Source: Candidatus Poribacteria bacterium (GTDB taxonomy: Bacteria > Poribacteria > WGA-4E > PCPOR2b). From it: DNA of 64,000 nt. Below are positions 41,640 to 52,601 of the stretch, in pieces. The stretch covers positions 1,504,001 to 1,568,000 of the forward strand of contig OZ244587.1 of NCBI GenBank assembly GCA_965218095.1, read 5' to 3'. Position numbers and translations under genes: made by a program. Position 1 is the stretch's first letter, and each line of letters starts with the position of its first letter. Under the pieces are notes generated by a model. It searched no databases. It saw only the letters and a list, made by a program, of their open reading frames with translations, and was not told the DNA's origin.

Positions 41640-42116
41640 TTAACTATTAACGGATGAGTCAGGCCTCCAAGCGATACAGTGTGCAACAAAACGTTTGAGC
41701 GCGCCACTCTTAACAATAATTGCTTCGGGTCGTAGCACCGTTGCGTACATCATGAGCAATGAAATCGTATCAAGCAGTGACCGGTAGCCAGACAAGCCTG
41801 ATATATCGATATAAATCTTGCTGAACGGTTCACCGAGCTCAAGTGCCGCCTTGACATCGAATCCGTCCATGACTTCAAAGTGCAGACCCGGATGCATTTC
41901 TCGTGCGCGATCAATACACTTAGGGCTAATGTCAGTACCAATGACCTCCTTACAATGCGGGGCAATCAAAGTGGTTGTTGTTCCCCACTCACATCCGATC
42001 TCTAGCACAACATCATCGGCATTCACCCAAACGGGGATGGTCTCGCGGTACTCCTTAACGCCGCGTGTGCTGATAAATTCTGTTTTGGTCTCAAATAGTT
42101 GGTTCTTGCTTGCCAT
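41640..42116 (-). CDS. Small class I SAM methyltransferase
   Basis: VLEIGCEWG, IGTDIS; GGAGG RBS. Confidence 0.8.
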   Translation of the reverse strand: MASKNQLFETKTEFISTRGVKEYRETIPVWVNADDVVLEIGCEWGTTTTLIAPHCKEVIGTDISPKCIDRAREMHPGLHFEVMDGFDVKAALELGEPFSKIYIDISGLSGYRSLLDTISLLMMYATVLRPEAIIVKSGALKRFVAHCIAWRPDSSVNS

Positions 42117-42162
42117 GGAACCTCCAAACCGATAGCTTGGGCACATCAATGCTTGGGAACGT

Positions 42163-43256
42163 TCATTCTTTATTTTCCGCTTCTGAATCCGTTGATTGAG
42201 TTGCTAACTGCTCAAGATCATTGATAAACTGCATCACGGACTGACACCACTTCTGGTATTCTGCCTCGATTGGCGTCGGTAAGGCGCGGTCATAAAAGAA
42301 GGGAATAAGTAGTTACTGGCTTAAATCAACCGCAGAGGCGCAGAGTTTTTTTAATTCTTCTCTGCGTTAAATAAGCGTGTTAGGACTTATTGCGAAATAT
42401 CAAGCCTTAATCTACTTATTGCGTAAAAGAAATCGACATGCAAGTTATTGATGATCTGTCGGAATTGTTCTTGATACGGTTCTAGCAGTTGGTGACGGAG
42501 TTGCCCCCAACGGGTTTGATCGGTATTCAGATACGCCATCGCTGCTAAATGGCATTCGAGATTCTTTGACACCTACAAAATCACAGTCTGTTTGGGGGGC
42601 ATTGTACCAAAAATCGGGGGTATTGTCCATCCTTTTTTGAACTGATTGACCAGTATTGGTAAGCATTTCAGCTTATTCTCCCCACAACCAACTTCAGAGG
42701 GGCTCCTGCTGATAAAGTGTAGACAAGATTCTCAAAATCGGGGGAGATAATCCTTAGTATCACTGCATTCTGTCAATTCTTGCCAATGATCAAGGTGTTA
42801 AATGCAGTACGATAATGTGCTTCACGGCGAAAATCGTGAGACTCACTCCGCCAATTTGACGTAATCATCAGCAATCTTTACTTCCTGATGTGCTTCTTCG
42901 TAAGTTGGTACTAGCATCTTCTTAGTGATCCTTTCGATAGTTTTTGCATTCCCATATAATAGCTGCCCCCACGTGACCACGCTTGCAGCAAGGTAGCCTC
43001 CGAGCGGACGGTCAATTGCACGAGGCACCACATCAATCGGCACGGGAAAATCGATGATGGCGTCGTCGTAGACATCGTATGCCTTACGATGGCGAGTCAA
43101 AATCAGCAGGTCTAGATCGCGGACAGACTCCAGCGCGTAGATCGAAGCCCCAAATTGGACAATGGCGAGGATGTCCGGGCCGGCTTTGAGAAGCGATTCA
43201 CAAATTTTAGGCAGAAACGGCGTAAAGTTTGGAACTTGATTGGGGCTGATAGACAT
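42163..43256 (-). pseudogene. Nucleotidyltransferase-like domain fused to helical (HEPN-like) domain, disrupted
   Basis: IVQFGAS...RDLDLLI, IDVV; C-terminal segments rejoin after removing inserts near 42550-42790 and 42301-42423. Confidence 0.6.
42301..42423. mobile_element. MITE with 8-bp TSD
   Basis: AATAAGTAG/CTACTTATT subterminal IR; TAAAAGAA at 42293-42300 and 42424-42431. Confidence 0.65.
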
Positions 43257-43291
43257 GCGATCACTCCTCGTGGCCTGTCTCGTAAGTTCAT

Positions 43292-43430
43292 CAGGACTTA
43301 CGCATTTTAAGGCGCAGGTTCGCCTCAAATCCTTGCTGTCTCTTGAATCTTGAATCCAACACTGACACAAGATACATGATGCCAGATACAGAAAACACGC
43401 AAATTTCTTATCGTAACTGCGTAAGTCCTA
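43292..43430. mobile_element. MITE with IS701-like ends
   Basis: CAGGACTTACGCA / TGCGTAAGTCCTA; 5-bp TSD TTCAT. Confidence 0.8.
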
Positions 43431-43575
43431 TTCATATCCTACATTGAGCAACCCTTATGTCAAAGAAATCTGATATATCTGGCATATTTTTTGCCCAAAC
43501 GGGAAAATCCAGGACTTCGGTGTAAAAAACCGATATTGGACCATTGTCTAATGAGAAAAATGTAGGTCATATCAT

Positions 43576-43620
43576 AAAAAAAGGGAAATTGGGATGAAGC
43601 CGATTCTCCCAATTTCCCTT
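43576..43620 (-). terminator. Rho-independent terminator of the OmpA-family gene
   Basis: AAGGGAAATTGGGA/TCCCAATTTCCCTT stem followed by U-run on minus strand. Confidence 0.75.
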
Positions 43621-43642
43621 AAAATGGATGCAATCCGAAAAG

Positions 43643-44515
43643 CTACATCATCGTGCCAGCAGGATAGATAATCACTTCAGCGCGCCGGTTTTTGGCGCGA
43701 CCCGCTGTTGTATTCACTGGAGCAATCGGTTCTGTGTGGCCAAGCGCACGAGACTCGATCATGTTCGCTACCCCTTTGTCTTTGAGATATTTTACAACCG
43801 ACTCCGCTCGGGCTTGGGAAAGATCCCAATTGCTGCGGTATCTTCCACCTAACACGGGGCTGCCATCCGCATGACCTTTAACAACTATCATTGCATCAGG
43901 CTGTTGTTGAACCGCTGTGACCGCTTTGTCCAGCTCTTCCTTTGCAGCCTGGCTCAGACCAGTTTTCCCGCCAGCGAACTGAACAGTAGCCGCTATCATT
44001 GGCTTGGCAGAGGCTGCGGCTTTTGTCGCAGTCACATCTGCTTTTGTATCCATGAGGGAAGTTTGCACCTTTGACAGGGTTTGCGCTTGACTTTGCGTCT
44101 GCTTTTCAAGTTGGTCGAGCTGGTCACGAAGTTTCTGATCGCCAGACATGGCAAAATCTTGCACTTTTTGACCAGCCATATTTGCGGTTTGAGTGAGATC
44201 TTCACGCAGTTGTGCATCTTCACTTTTAGCAAAATTTTTGGCGGTTTCGATGGTGTCGGCATCGCCTTGTTCACTCGTTGCCACGGCTTCCTCTTTCGCC
44301 GTAGAAATCCCTGTCCTCAAGGCATCACCCTGTGCATCTACTTTGCCGCTAACCTCAGAGACTTGGTTTCCCAACTTAGAGTGTTCGTTGGCACTTTCTT
44401 GAACATAACCGTCCCGCCACGTCTCGAAATCTTTTTTACCCAGTTTGCTGCAACCGCTTAGAACAATGCTGAAAACAAAAATGCTAACGATTGCCAGCCC
44501 TGCTACATTTTTCAT
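43643..44515 (-). CDS. OmpA/MotB-family peptidoglycan-binding lipoprotein with coiled-coil stalk
   Basis: LSGC lipobox, KGHAD, SNWDLSQARAESV, GRAKNRRAE. Confidence 0.9.
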   Translation of the reverse strand: MKNVAGLAIVSIFVFSIVLSGCSKLGKKDFETWRDGYVQESANEHSKLGNQVSEVSGKVDAQGDALRTGISTAKEEAVATSEQGDADTIETAKNFAKSEDAQLREDLTQTANMAGQKVQDFAMSGDQKLRDQLDQLEKQTQSQAQTLSKVQTSLMDTKADVTATKAAASAKPMIAATVQFAGGKTGLSQAAKEELDKAVTAVQQQPDAMIVVKGHADGSPVLGGRYRSNWDLSQARAESVVKYLKDKGVANMIESRALGHTEPIAPVNTTAGRAKNRRAEVIIYPAGTMM

Positions 44516-44775
44516 TGTTACCTCCTAAAAAAGAGGATTCATTCATTGAAAGTGAATGAATCCGGTTTATGGGCATCTGATACTCTCTCAGATTTCAGCA
44601 TATTGTAGCACAAACCGAATTTTTATACAAGAAAAATTCTCTTAGCAACCCGGTCTGCCATATCGAAATGTGTGTTTGCCGATTGGCAATTGTCCATTGT
44701 CAATTGTATAATATTGAGGAATAAAAAGCAGATAGGCGCAATCATTTTGTTCACACCGGCTATAGGGAATTAAAA

Positions 44776-45811
44776 ATGGGGAAAATTGGCATTGGTATTA
44801 TCGAGTTGGGGCTGGGTGAATTGATGTTGGGAATTCGGCAGATTTCCAATACCGATCTGGAGATTCGGGGGATTTGCGATACGAACGTGAATCGGCTTGA
44901 AAGCGTCCGCACACAATATCAACCCCCGTTTGCAACGACAGATTATCGGGAACTAATCCGGCAGGATGAAATCAACATCGTTGGCATCTACACGCCCGAT
45001 CCGTTGCATGCGCGGCACTGCCTCGACGCGCTTGACTGTGGTAAGCATGTTATCTGCACAAAAGGCTTTGTTGACAATCTCGACGATGCAATTCGTGTAT
45101 TACAACGGACGCGAGAGACCGGCTTGAAGCTGCTGGTTGGGCAGACTTGTCGCTTTGTCCCAGATTTTATGCACACCTATCGATCGACGGAATCCGGCAG
45201 GCTCGGGCACGTCGTCGCAGTCGAAGCCCATTATGTACATGATATGCGTAGTGTACTCACGGCGACGCCCTGGAGATTGGAGATACCAGATGCCTCAGAA
45301 ACTGCTCTACGGTGGACTGTGTCACCCAATAGATCTGGTCGTTTGGTTTCTCGGATTTCCCTGCGCGGTGCATGCAATCGCCCACGAAAGCGGGATCGAT
45401 GAGCGGTATCCTTCGGGCAAAGGACGTTTCAATGGCAACTGGATGGTCAATCTAATCTATGCGGATGGACGGCTTGGGGTGTATGGTCTTTGTCACCCGC
45501 CGATGCCAATGTTGGGACTGTCCGTTTACGGAACGACTGGCAGCGTTGTCAATGGGCAAGCTGTTTTCGATGACAACTATCACAAGATTATTCCTGTCAG
45601 CGAAGCCATTGGCTTGGATACCGATTACCTCGCCAACACTGGGCATGTTGGCGAGGTTGTGCGGTATATGCTCCATTTTGAAGATTGCCTCAAGCATGAT
45701 AAACAGCCACTAATCGATGCAGAGGTAGGTGCGAAAGTGATCGCTGTTTTAGATGTGTGCGAGCGATCCGCAAGGAGCGGGAAGGTCGAAAGTGTACGAT
45801 TAGAGTTGTAG
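44776..45811 (+). pseudogene. Gfo/Idh/MocA oxidoreductase, frameshifted
   Basis: IYTPDPLH, GKHVIC, VGQTCRF, GGLCHPID; 7-bp imperfect duplication 45281-45294; Rossmann Gly and EKP motifs also degenerate. Confidence 0.85.
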
Positions 45812-45891
45812 TCAAGTCGCTATTCCGTTCAAAAGTTCAAGAGTTCATTTACGCATTACGTTTCACGTCTTATCAAAGAAGGAGGGATGAG

Positions 45892-46485
45892 ATGGCAAGG
45901 CAACTGAGAATGGTTCGGCTAAATCTGGACGGATTACCAGAACTTGAAATCCCGCAAGGCTATGAGATCCGCACCTATCAGGAGGGCGACGATGTGCATT
46001 GGGCAAACGTAATCAATGCGTCGTTTGGGGGCGAGCGCACGGTTGAGGACACACACCGCGATATCATCGATCGCGACGTATTTGACCCGACAGGGCTCTA
46101 TTTTGCGACCTATCAAGGAATGCCGGTTGGCACGGCGTGCGCATGGAAAAATACGTCTGATGAGACAGCGGTTGGGATTGTCCACATGGTGGGCGTTGAT
46201 TCCGAACACACGGGACATAAGCTCGGAAAATGTGTGTCACTTTGTGTGTTGTTGCATCTACAAAAACATGGTTTCAAGTGCGTTATCCTCAATACCGACG
46301 AGTTTCGTTTGCCTGCGGTCAAGACATATCTGAATCTTGGTTTCTTACCGGTCTATGTTGATGCGGATCAACCAGAACGCTGGCGTCAGATCTTTGAGAA
46401 GTTGGGATTGCCGGTCATGCCAGATCAATCGGAGAAGATCAGGGCAGAACTCTCTGATGAAATGTGGGCGAAGGTTTGTGGATAG
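45892..46485 (+). CDS. GNAT family N-acetyltransferase
   Basis: VGTACAW, HMVGV...GHKLGK, AVKTYLNLGF; GGAGG RBS. Confidence 0.88.
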   Translation: MARQLRMVRLNLDGLPELEIPQGYEIRTYQEGDDVHWANVINASFGGERTVEDTHRDIIDRDVFDPTGLYFATYQGMPVGTACAWKNTSDETAVGIVHMVGVDSEHTGHKLGKCVSLCVLLHLQKHGFKCVILNTDEFRLPAVKTYLNLGFLPVYVDADQPERWRQIFEKLGLPVMPDQSEKIRAELSDEMWAKVCG

Positions 46486-46544
46486 TCTCAGATAATAAAG
46501 GTGAGTGAATAAAAATCATAAAATTTGGAGGACACAGAATCGCC

Positions 46545-47921
46545 ATGCATATCAACGATTCAATTACCGTCGAGCAACTCAAGCCGAAACTCCAACATCT
46601 CTTTAAAGTCTCTGGAAAGAAGATCCTGGCAATCGAAGACAGATGGGACCCCTCGAAGGGCACGCCCGTTTTCACCGCTGCCGGAAAGTACACCATGCGG
46701 GGATGGACAGAGTGGACACAGGGATTCCAATTCGGTTCCGCCCTTCTGCAATTCGACGCTGCCGATGATGAACAGTTCCTCGAAATCGGGCGGAAGAACA
46801 CAGTCGAAAAGATGGCGCCCCACCTGACACATATCGGTGTCCACGACCACGGGTTCAATAACGTATCCACCTACGGTAGCCTGCGGCGTTTAATACTTGA
46901 AGGGCGGATTCCACACAACGATTGGGAACTCCATTTCTGCCAACTTGCCCTGAAAGCCTCGGCGGGGGTTCAGGCGAGTCGCTGGTCGAAGATAAAGGAC
47001 GAGAAGGGCTACATCCCCTCCTTCAATGGCCCCCACTCACTTTTTGCGGACACTATACGCTCGTTGCGTGTACTGGCGTTGGGATACCGTTTAGGGCATG
47101 TGCTGATGGGCGAGAATGATCAGCCGATTTCTTTGCTGGAACGACTGCTGCATCACTCCGAGACCACCGCAGCTTACAATGTCTACTATGGCGAAGGGCG
47201 CGATGTGTTTGACGTGCGTGGACGAGTCGCGCACGAGTCGATCTTTAACATGAACGATGGGAACTACCGATGTCCAGGCACGCAGCAGGGCTATTCACCG
47301 TTCACGACGTGGACGCGAGGGCTCGCGTGGATTATCACGGGCTACGCTGAACAGCTTGAGTTCTTTGAAACGGTGACTGATGATGACCTCGCCCCTTACG
47401 GCGGGAAAGCGGGTGCAATTGCCCATATACTGAAAGCCGCGAAAGCGACATCCGATTTTTACATCGAGAACACAGCCAGCGATGGCATTCCGTATTGGGA
47501 CACCGGCGCGCCGGGGTTGACCAAACTTGGTCGGTATCTTGAAAGACCAGCGGAACCGTTCAACGACATCGAACCTGTGGATAGCTCTGCAGCAACAATC
47601 GCCGCGCAGGGACTGATTCGATTGGGGAATTACCTCAAAGAACAAGGCGATGCGGAAAATGGAGCGCAATACTATCAGGCAGGTTTAACGGTCGCCGATG
47701 CACTCTTTTCTGAACGGTATCTTTCGGAATCGGACGAACATCAGGGCTTGATTTTGCATTCGATCTACCACTGTCCAAACGGCTGGGATTATATCCCCGA
47801 AGGCAGAGCCATCCCCTGCGGTGAATCGTCGATGTGGGGAGATTACCATGCACGAGAGCTCGGACTGCTCTTGCTGCGGGAATCGGAGAAGAAGCCGTAT
47901 CTGACTTTTTGGGGAGGGTAA
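46545..47921 (+). CDS. Glycoside hydrolase family 88-like (unsaturated glucuronyl hydrolase-like)
   Basis: WTQGF, HDHGF, QQGYS...WTRGLAW, PYWD, DSSA, WGDY. Confidence 0.85.
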   Translation: MHINDSITVEQLKPKLQHLFKVSGKKILAIEDRWDPSKGTPVFTAAGKYTMRGWTEWTQGFQFGSALLQFDAADDEQFLEIGRKNTVEKMAPHLTHIGVHDHGFNNVSTYGSLRRLILEGRIPHNDWELHFCQLALKASAGVQASRWSKIKDEKGYIPSFNGPHSLFADTIRSLRVLALGYRLGHVLMGENDQPISLLERLLHHSETTAAYNVYYGEGRDVFDVRGRVAHESIFNMNDGNYRCPGTQQGYSPFTTWTRGLAWIITGYAEQLEFFETVTDDDLAPYGGKAGAIAHILKAAKATSDFYIENTASDGIPYWDTGAPGLTKLGRYLERPAEPFNDIEPVDSSAATIAAQGLIRLGNYLKEQGDAENGAQYYQAGLTVADALFSERYLSESDEHQGLILHSIYHCPNGWDYIPEGRAIPCGESSMWGDYHARELGLLLLRESEKKPYLTFWGG

Positions 47922-47974
47922 TCTCAGATTGAATTGGCGCTTGGCAAAACAGCCGGATTCTGTACAATTTTACT

Positions 47975-48140
47975 TGTTTTCAACGGGGTCAATAGCTGCA
48001 CCGCCCAAAATGGGGTCTCAAAGCCAGTCGTAGCAAGGTCTCCGGAGGCTGCCCCTTGCAGCACCCCTCCCCGACTGAAGGGGACTGAAGCACGGGTACA
48101 AAAAACGCCCGGCAGGAAAATTTCCCACTAGGCGTTTTAT
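47975..48140 (+). ncRNA. Candidate structured small RNA (family not recognised)
   Basis: TTGGCA-16-TACAAT upstream, GC-rich nested stems, terminal hairpin with U-run. Confidence 0.35.
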
Positions 48141-48209
48141 CCCGAAACCGAAAAAATATTGGAACAATCCAAAATATTGAACAATCCAGAGAAAGCCCAC
48201 AACCGACAC

Positions 48210-48238
48210 TTGACAACTATCCTTATTTATCGTATTAT
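48210..48238 (+). promoter_or_regulatory. Sigma70-like promoter
   Basis: TTGACA-17 bp-TATTAT upstream of 48315. Confidence 0.65.
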
Positions 48239-48314
48239 AGGGATGGTTTAAGCCGATGATTATGATCAGTCATAGGCTTTTCTTCTAATCCTCACTACAG
48301 GGAGGAAACCATCC

Positions 48315-49391
48315 ATGGAACGATTGATTTTCACCACACGCTTCACTGTTATTGTTTCCATCGTTATCTTACTATTTGGGTGTGGCGGAGATGATGAAGA
48401 TGATTTTGATCGGTTGGATCGCGACATCGACTCCTTAGAGAGCGATATAGATAGTATTAAAGGGGATTTAGAGCAGATAAATTCTGCCATTACCACTTTA
48501 ACTAATAGCATCAAGAACCCAGTACTTACTGGCGATAGACCCGAAACGCCTGTAAAGACGGAAGTTGTCGCCCCCGATTTCCCTATCCGCAATCCCGTCG
48601 TTCCTGATACTGGGGGGATAGTCGGTTCTTTAATCGCTTTTTCCAAGCGAGCGGATGATGCGGAAAATCTGTTCGTTATAGACGAACATGGCGGGTTCAT
48701 TACACAAATCACATTTAGCGATCGAGACTGTATGGAGCCTGCATGGTCGCCAGTAGAGGATAAATTGGCTTACTATTCTTCTCCTGACGCGAATGCGGGT
48801 GGCATCTATACAATGAGCTTGGATGGGGTTCACCAATCACGCCTTTTCCTTGACCAGAGTATACACGATATAGGCAACCCGTCTTGGTCACCTGATGGAA
48901 GAAGGATTGTTTTCCATACCCATCACGGTATCGTCGTCATGGATAGTAACGGCAGAAATTCCATTCTCATCCGTCGCGGCGGCATGCATCCCGATTGGTC
49001 GCCAGATGGTAGGCGTATCGCTTTCGTTGGAGGGCATGGTAATGATGACGATATTATGACCATGAGTCCCAGAGGCGACGCTCAAAAGTTATTGACTGGT
49101 CATTCTATAGGTAGCGATGAAAGACCAGATTGGTCCCCTGATAGCAGGCAGATCGCTTTTCAATCTCATCGCGACGGTCAGTGGGCGGTCTGTGTTATTG
49201 ATGCTGATGGTCAGAACGATATTGTCTTGACCCCTCAATTCGATAGTCGTAAACCAACGTGGTCGTCTGACGGCACTAAAATTGCCTTTACTTCTGAGGG
49301 CGATATTTTTACCATGAACGCCGATGGCACGAATGTCGTTAACATCACAAATACCCCAGACGTGGGGGAGAATTACCCTGAATGGCGTTAA
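48315..49391 (+). CDS. TolB-like (PD40 beta-propeller) lipoprotein
   Basis: LFGC lipobox, short coiled coil, repeated P.WSPDG..IAF units; GGAGG RBS. Confidence 0.88.
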   Translation: MERLIFTTRFTVIVSIVILLFGCGGDDEDDFDRLDRDIDSLESDIDSIKGDLEQINSAITTLTNSIKNPVLTGDRPETPVKTEVVAPDFPIRNPVVPDTGGIVGSLIAFSKRADDAENLFVIDEHGGFITQITFSDRDCMEPAWSPVEDKLAYYSSPDANAGGIYTMSLDGVHQSRLFLDQSIHDIGNPSWSPDGRRIVFHTHHGIVVMDSNGRNSILIRRGGMHPDWSPDGRRIAFVGGHGNDDDIMTMSPRGDAQKLLTGHSIGSDERPDWSPDSRQIAFQSHRDGQWAVCVIDADGQNDIVLTPQFDSRKPTWSSDGTKIAFTSEGDIFTMNADGTNVVNITNTPDVGENYPEWR

Positions 49392-49899
49392 AGTAGGGAT
49401 TTCAATCAGTATTGGCGACTGACGGAGGGGATTCCCAGAGGCATAACGGCAGGTTTGGGCTATCGGCTTGGGGACTTGCAATTCGACTACGGTTTCGTCG
49501 GTGGTTACTATCACTCCCAAACATCGCTATTTTCTGTGACGCTTTATTATTGAACTTATAGCGAGTAAAACGCGCGCTTCTCCCCTTATCCTCAACGAAA
49601 TGAAGGATCTCTTGCACCTTAACGAGGAGATTCTTCGCTGTGCTCTATTAGATTTCCAAGAAACTACCTGCAATGAGTTCATTGAACGTTGAACGAGCGA
49701 TTCTTATGTTTTACGTTTGTAAGCATTCAAAGGGAAGGAAGGTCTTGGACTCTCGGAGATCCCGACCTTCGGTCCAGGCCTCGGACTCTCGGTCGAAACT
49801 CCCGATGCTGTTCGTTTCGAGAATCGAAACATTACAGCATCGTGGAAGGAAGGAAGACAAAGGAGAGTATTTTACGCAGTACGCATCACGTATCACGTT

Positions 49900-50493
49900 A
49901 TTCTGCTTTCAACCTTAATTGGCTCGATAGGGCTGGCAGACGAAAAAGTGAGAATTGCCGGTATGGGAGGGGTCAAAATCGGTATGAACGTGCCGGATGC
50001 GGGGCTCTTTGGGAATCCTGCTGCTCTCCTTGACGTTGAGGCAAATAATTTGTCGATTGCTTTGTCAGTCGAAAATTACCGCTATGAAGAACTTCCCGAA
50101 ACACCTGCCATCCAGTTTGCCCTCCGCGTTGACTTTAGATTCCCATCCTTCAATCTACTACTCCAGAGCCTACGGTGAGTGGGGGTTCAGCATAGGATAT
50201 GCAGCGACGATAGAAAACGTCGCCGAATTTGAAGTTGAAGCAACGCGATCCGAATACATCGTGGACTTGACTTTGCCATCGGTTGGGAATTGCGCGACGC
50301 CTGGGAACGGAGATTCACCGGTTCCGCAGCTCTGCGGGGTGGACTCAGCCGTGTTGATACCGTAGAGACATTCTCAATCGGTGTCTCATTGGCGCTCGGT
50401 AGTTCGCATTGGAAATACACCATAAGCAAACGCTTTCGAGACCAACCATTGAGTCAAGCCACTCACCTTTTTGCTTCTACTGTGCGGTTCTGA
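49900..50493 (+). pseudogene. Fragmented outer-membrane beta-barrel-like gene (PorV/FadL-like N-terminus)
   Basis: RIAGMGG...GLFGNPAAL motif across frameshifted pieces; boundaries approximate. Confidence 0.4.
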
Positions 50494-50575
50494 AAATAAG
50501 CAAGTCAACGACTACGCATTACGTCTTACACTTACTCAGTCATCTTTTTGTAGGGTGAGCAACGCCACCAGGGCT

Positions 50576-51397
50576 TTATTCAAGTATTTGGCACCTGGTG
50601 AGCATCTGCCTGCCTCGCTCCGAGAGTTTGTCGAATTCTGCCTGAGTCATTTCGATAGGATTGCGCATCGCGAACCAGGGCAGGGAATAGCAAATCACCA
50701 ACTCCGGTCTAGGATGGTCCGCGCGGTTGGGCGTCCCACGGTGGAGCGTGCGTGGATCCTGAATCCACAGCATTCCTTTCTTCAGGTTGAGACGACGCCT
50801 AGTGGGAAAGTCACCCTTCTCCAGAACCTCGTCGTACCGCGCCTCCAACTCCGGGTCAGCAAGGTATTGAGTGGATGGCAATACCTCGAAGCTCCCATTT
50901 TCTTCAAAGGTGTCCACCAATGGGAATTTGACGCCGAAATGCGGACAGACCTCCAAGCCGACATGCGGAACTAAGCGTGAAACCCCACCATCTCGATGCC
51001 ACCGCTGGTACTCGCTGCCGGGGTACGGAGTGTTTGAATGATAGCAGGTAATCAGATAGTCGCTCCTGCCCCAATACCGGTCGAGAAACGCCAGCAACGC
51101 GGGATTCTCGTAAATCTCGGGATCGGCAAACGGCGGCTCCCAGGGGACGTACATCGTGTAACGATTGACCTGCCCCAAACGGCCTTCTACGACAAGACGG
51201 TCATCGCTGTGCCCATGCACCTTTACGCCGCTTGCGGGATCGCTGTGAGCCCTCACCGTTTCCAAAAATGGCAGAAAAGCTTCACGTATCCGATCGATTG
51301 TCTCAACAGGTATCAAGTCTTCAAAGGTAATGTAACCGTTGATCTTCAACTCGGCAAGTTTCAGATCCAGGTCATAGTTGGATAAAGCAGATGTCAT
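50576..51397 (-). CDS. PhyH family Fe(II)/2OG dioxygenase
   Basis: NGYITFEDLIP, QRWHRD, EENGS, LHRGTPNR; ATG 51397. Confidence 0.88.
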   Translation of the reverse strand: MTSALSNYDLDLKLAELKINGYITFEDLIPVETIDRIREAFLPFLETVRAHSDPASGVKVHGHSDDRLVVEGRLGQVNRYTMYVPWEPPFADPEIYENPALLAFLDRYWGRSDYLITCYHSNTPYPGSEYQRWHRDGGVSRLVPHVGLEVCPHFGVKFPLVDTFEENGSFEVLPSTQYLADPELEARYDEVLEKGDFPTRRRLNLKKGMLWIQDPRTLHRGTPNRADHPRPELVICYSLPWFAMRNPIEMTQAEFDKLSERGRQMLTRCQILE

Positions 51398-51406
51398 TGG
51401 TTCTTC

Positions 51407-51427
51407 CTTATCGGTATACAAGTATTT
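51407..51427 (+). repeat. 21-bp direct repeat, left copy
   Basis: CTTATCGGTATACAAGTATTT, identical at 58836-58856. Confidence 0.85.
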
Positions 51428-51431
51428 GATA

Positions 51432-51689
51432 TAGGGATTACGCACTTCATATTGAAAAAGTAACCCGCTACCTGAATCCCCAATGGATTGGGGCAGGTGT
51501 TTACATTCTGCGCAGCGGAGCACTGCATCTTGAATCCTGATCAAGATACAAGATACCGGATGCAGATTGGAGCGAAGTCCGATCAGATCCCGGTGAAGCA
51601 TTGAGGATTCAGAGCAATCAGACGAGCACGGAAATTCCAATCTATCAGAATGAATCGTGGACTCATTGAGACCCACTGCGTAACTTCCA
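51432..51689. mobile_element. MITE with IS701-like ends
   Basis: TAGGGATTACGCACTT / ACTGCGTAACTTCCA; 5-bp TSD TGATA. Confidence 0.7.
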
Positions 51690-51702
51690 TGATAATTGAA
51701 AT

Positions 51703-52485
51703 CTAATCTCCGATGAACGGTTGAGCCGTTAAGATGCCGCCATCAACAGGATAGGTGACGCCGGTCACCGCGGAGGCTCTTGAACTAGCAAGGAACAGAA
51801 TCACTTCCGCAACCTCCGCGGGTTGTTGTAACCGTCGAATCGGTATCCGGCTGCACCATTTCTCAATGGCGCCTTCCATATCACCAGTCGCCTCCGCAAA
51901 TCCACGCAGCAAGGGAGTATCGATATAGCCGGGTGCGACAGCGTTGATGCGGATATTTTTGGGGGCAAAATCCAGAGCCATGCTTCGTGTTAATGAGACG
52001 ATTCCCCCCTTCGCGGCGGCATACGCCGATGATCCGGGCATGTTAAAAAAACTCTGCATCGACGCTATATTGACGATGCAGCCGCCGCCCTGTTCGAGCA
52101 TGTAAGGAATGCAATATTTTGAACAGAGGTAGACGCTTGTGAGATTTACGTTCAGAACATGATACCATTCATCTTCGGGCAACTCAACGATATCGGCGAC
52201 CATGCCCTGAACGCCGGCTACATTGACAAGGACATTGATCTTTCCAAACGCTGCCACGGCTTGTTCCACCATATTGCGCACATCGCTGGAGTTTGACACA
52301 TCAGCCCTGACAAAACACGCTTTGCCGCCTTGACGCTGAATCTCCTGGACCGTCCCGTTGCCGCCAGTTTCTTGAATGTCCACCACAACAACAGACGCCC
52401 CTTCCCTTGAAAAACGCATGGCGGTTGCTTCGCCGATGCCTTGGCCACTCCCGGTGACGATGACGACTTGATCTTTCATTTCCAT
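51703..52485 (-). CDS. Short-chain dehydrogenase/reductase
   Basis: TGSGQGIG, NVAG, YAAAK, PGYIDT. Confidence 0.93.
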   Translation of the reverse strand: MEMKDQVVIVTGSGQGIGEATAMRFSREGASVVVVDIQETGGNGTVQEIQRQGGKACFVRADVSNSSDVRNMVEQAVAAFGKINVLVNVAGVQGMVADIVELPEDEWYHVLNVNLTSVYLCSKYCIPYMLEQGGGCIVNIASMQSFFNMPGSSAYAAAKGGIVSLTRSMALDFAPKNIRINAVAPGYIDTPLLRGFAEATGDMEGAIEKWCSRIPIRRLQQPAEVAEVILFLASSRASAVTGVTYPVDGGILTAQPFIGD

Positions 52486-52601
52486 TGTTATTCGCTCCTA
52501 TCAGAGGTTGGACTCTGGACAAATCCCGATTGTGAAAACGATTTGACGATAAAAAAGGTTGAAGATTGAGGCAGTTATGCAAGCTCACATATTGCTCCTG
52601 A

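Noticed and set aside
51398-51676. N-terminal extension of the PhyH ORF to 51676
   Set aside because: Runs through a MITE; the paralog alignment supports ATG 51397
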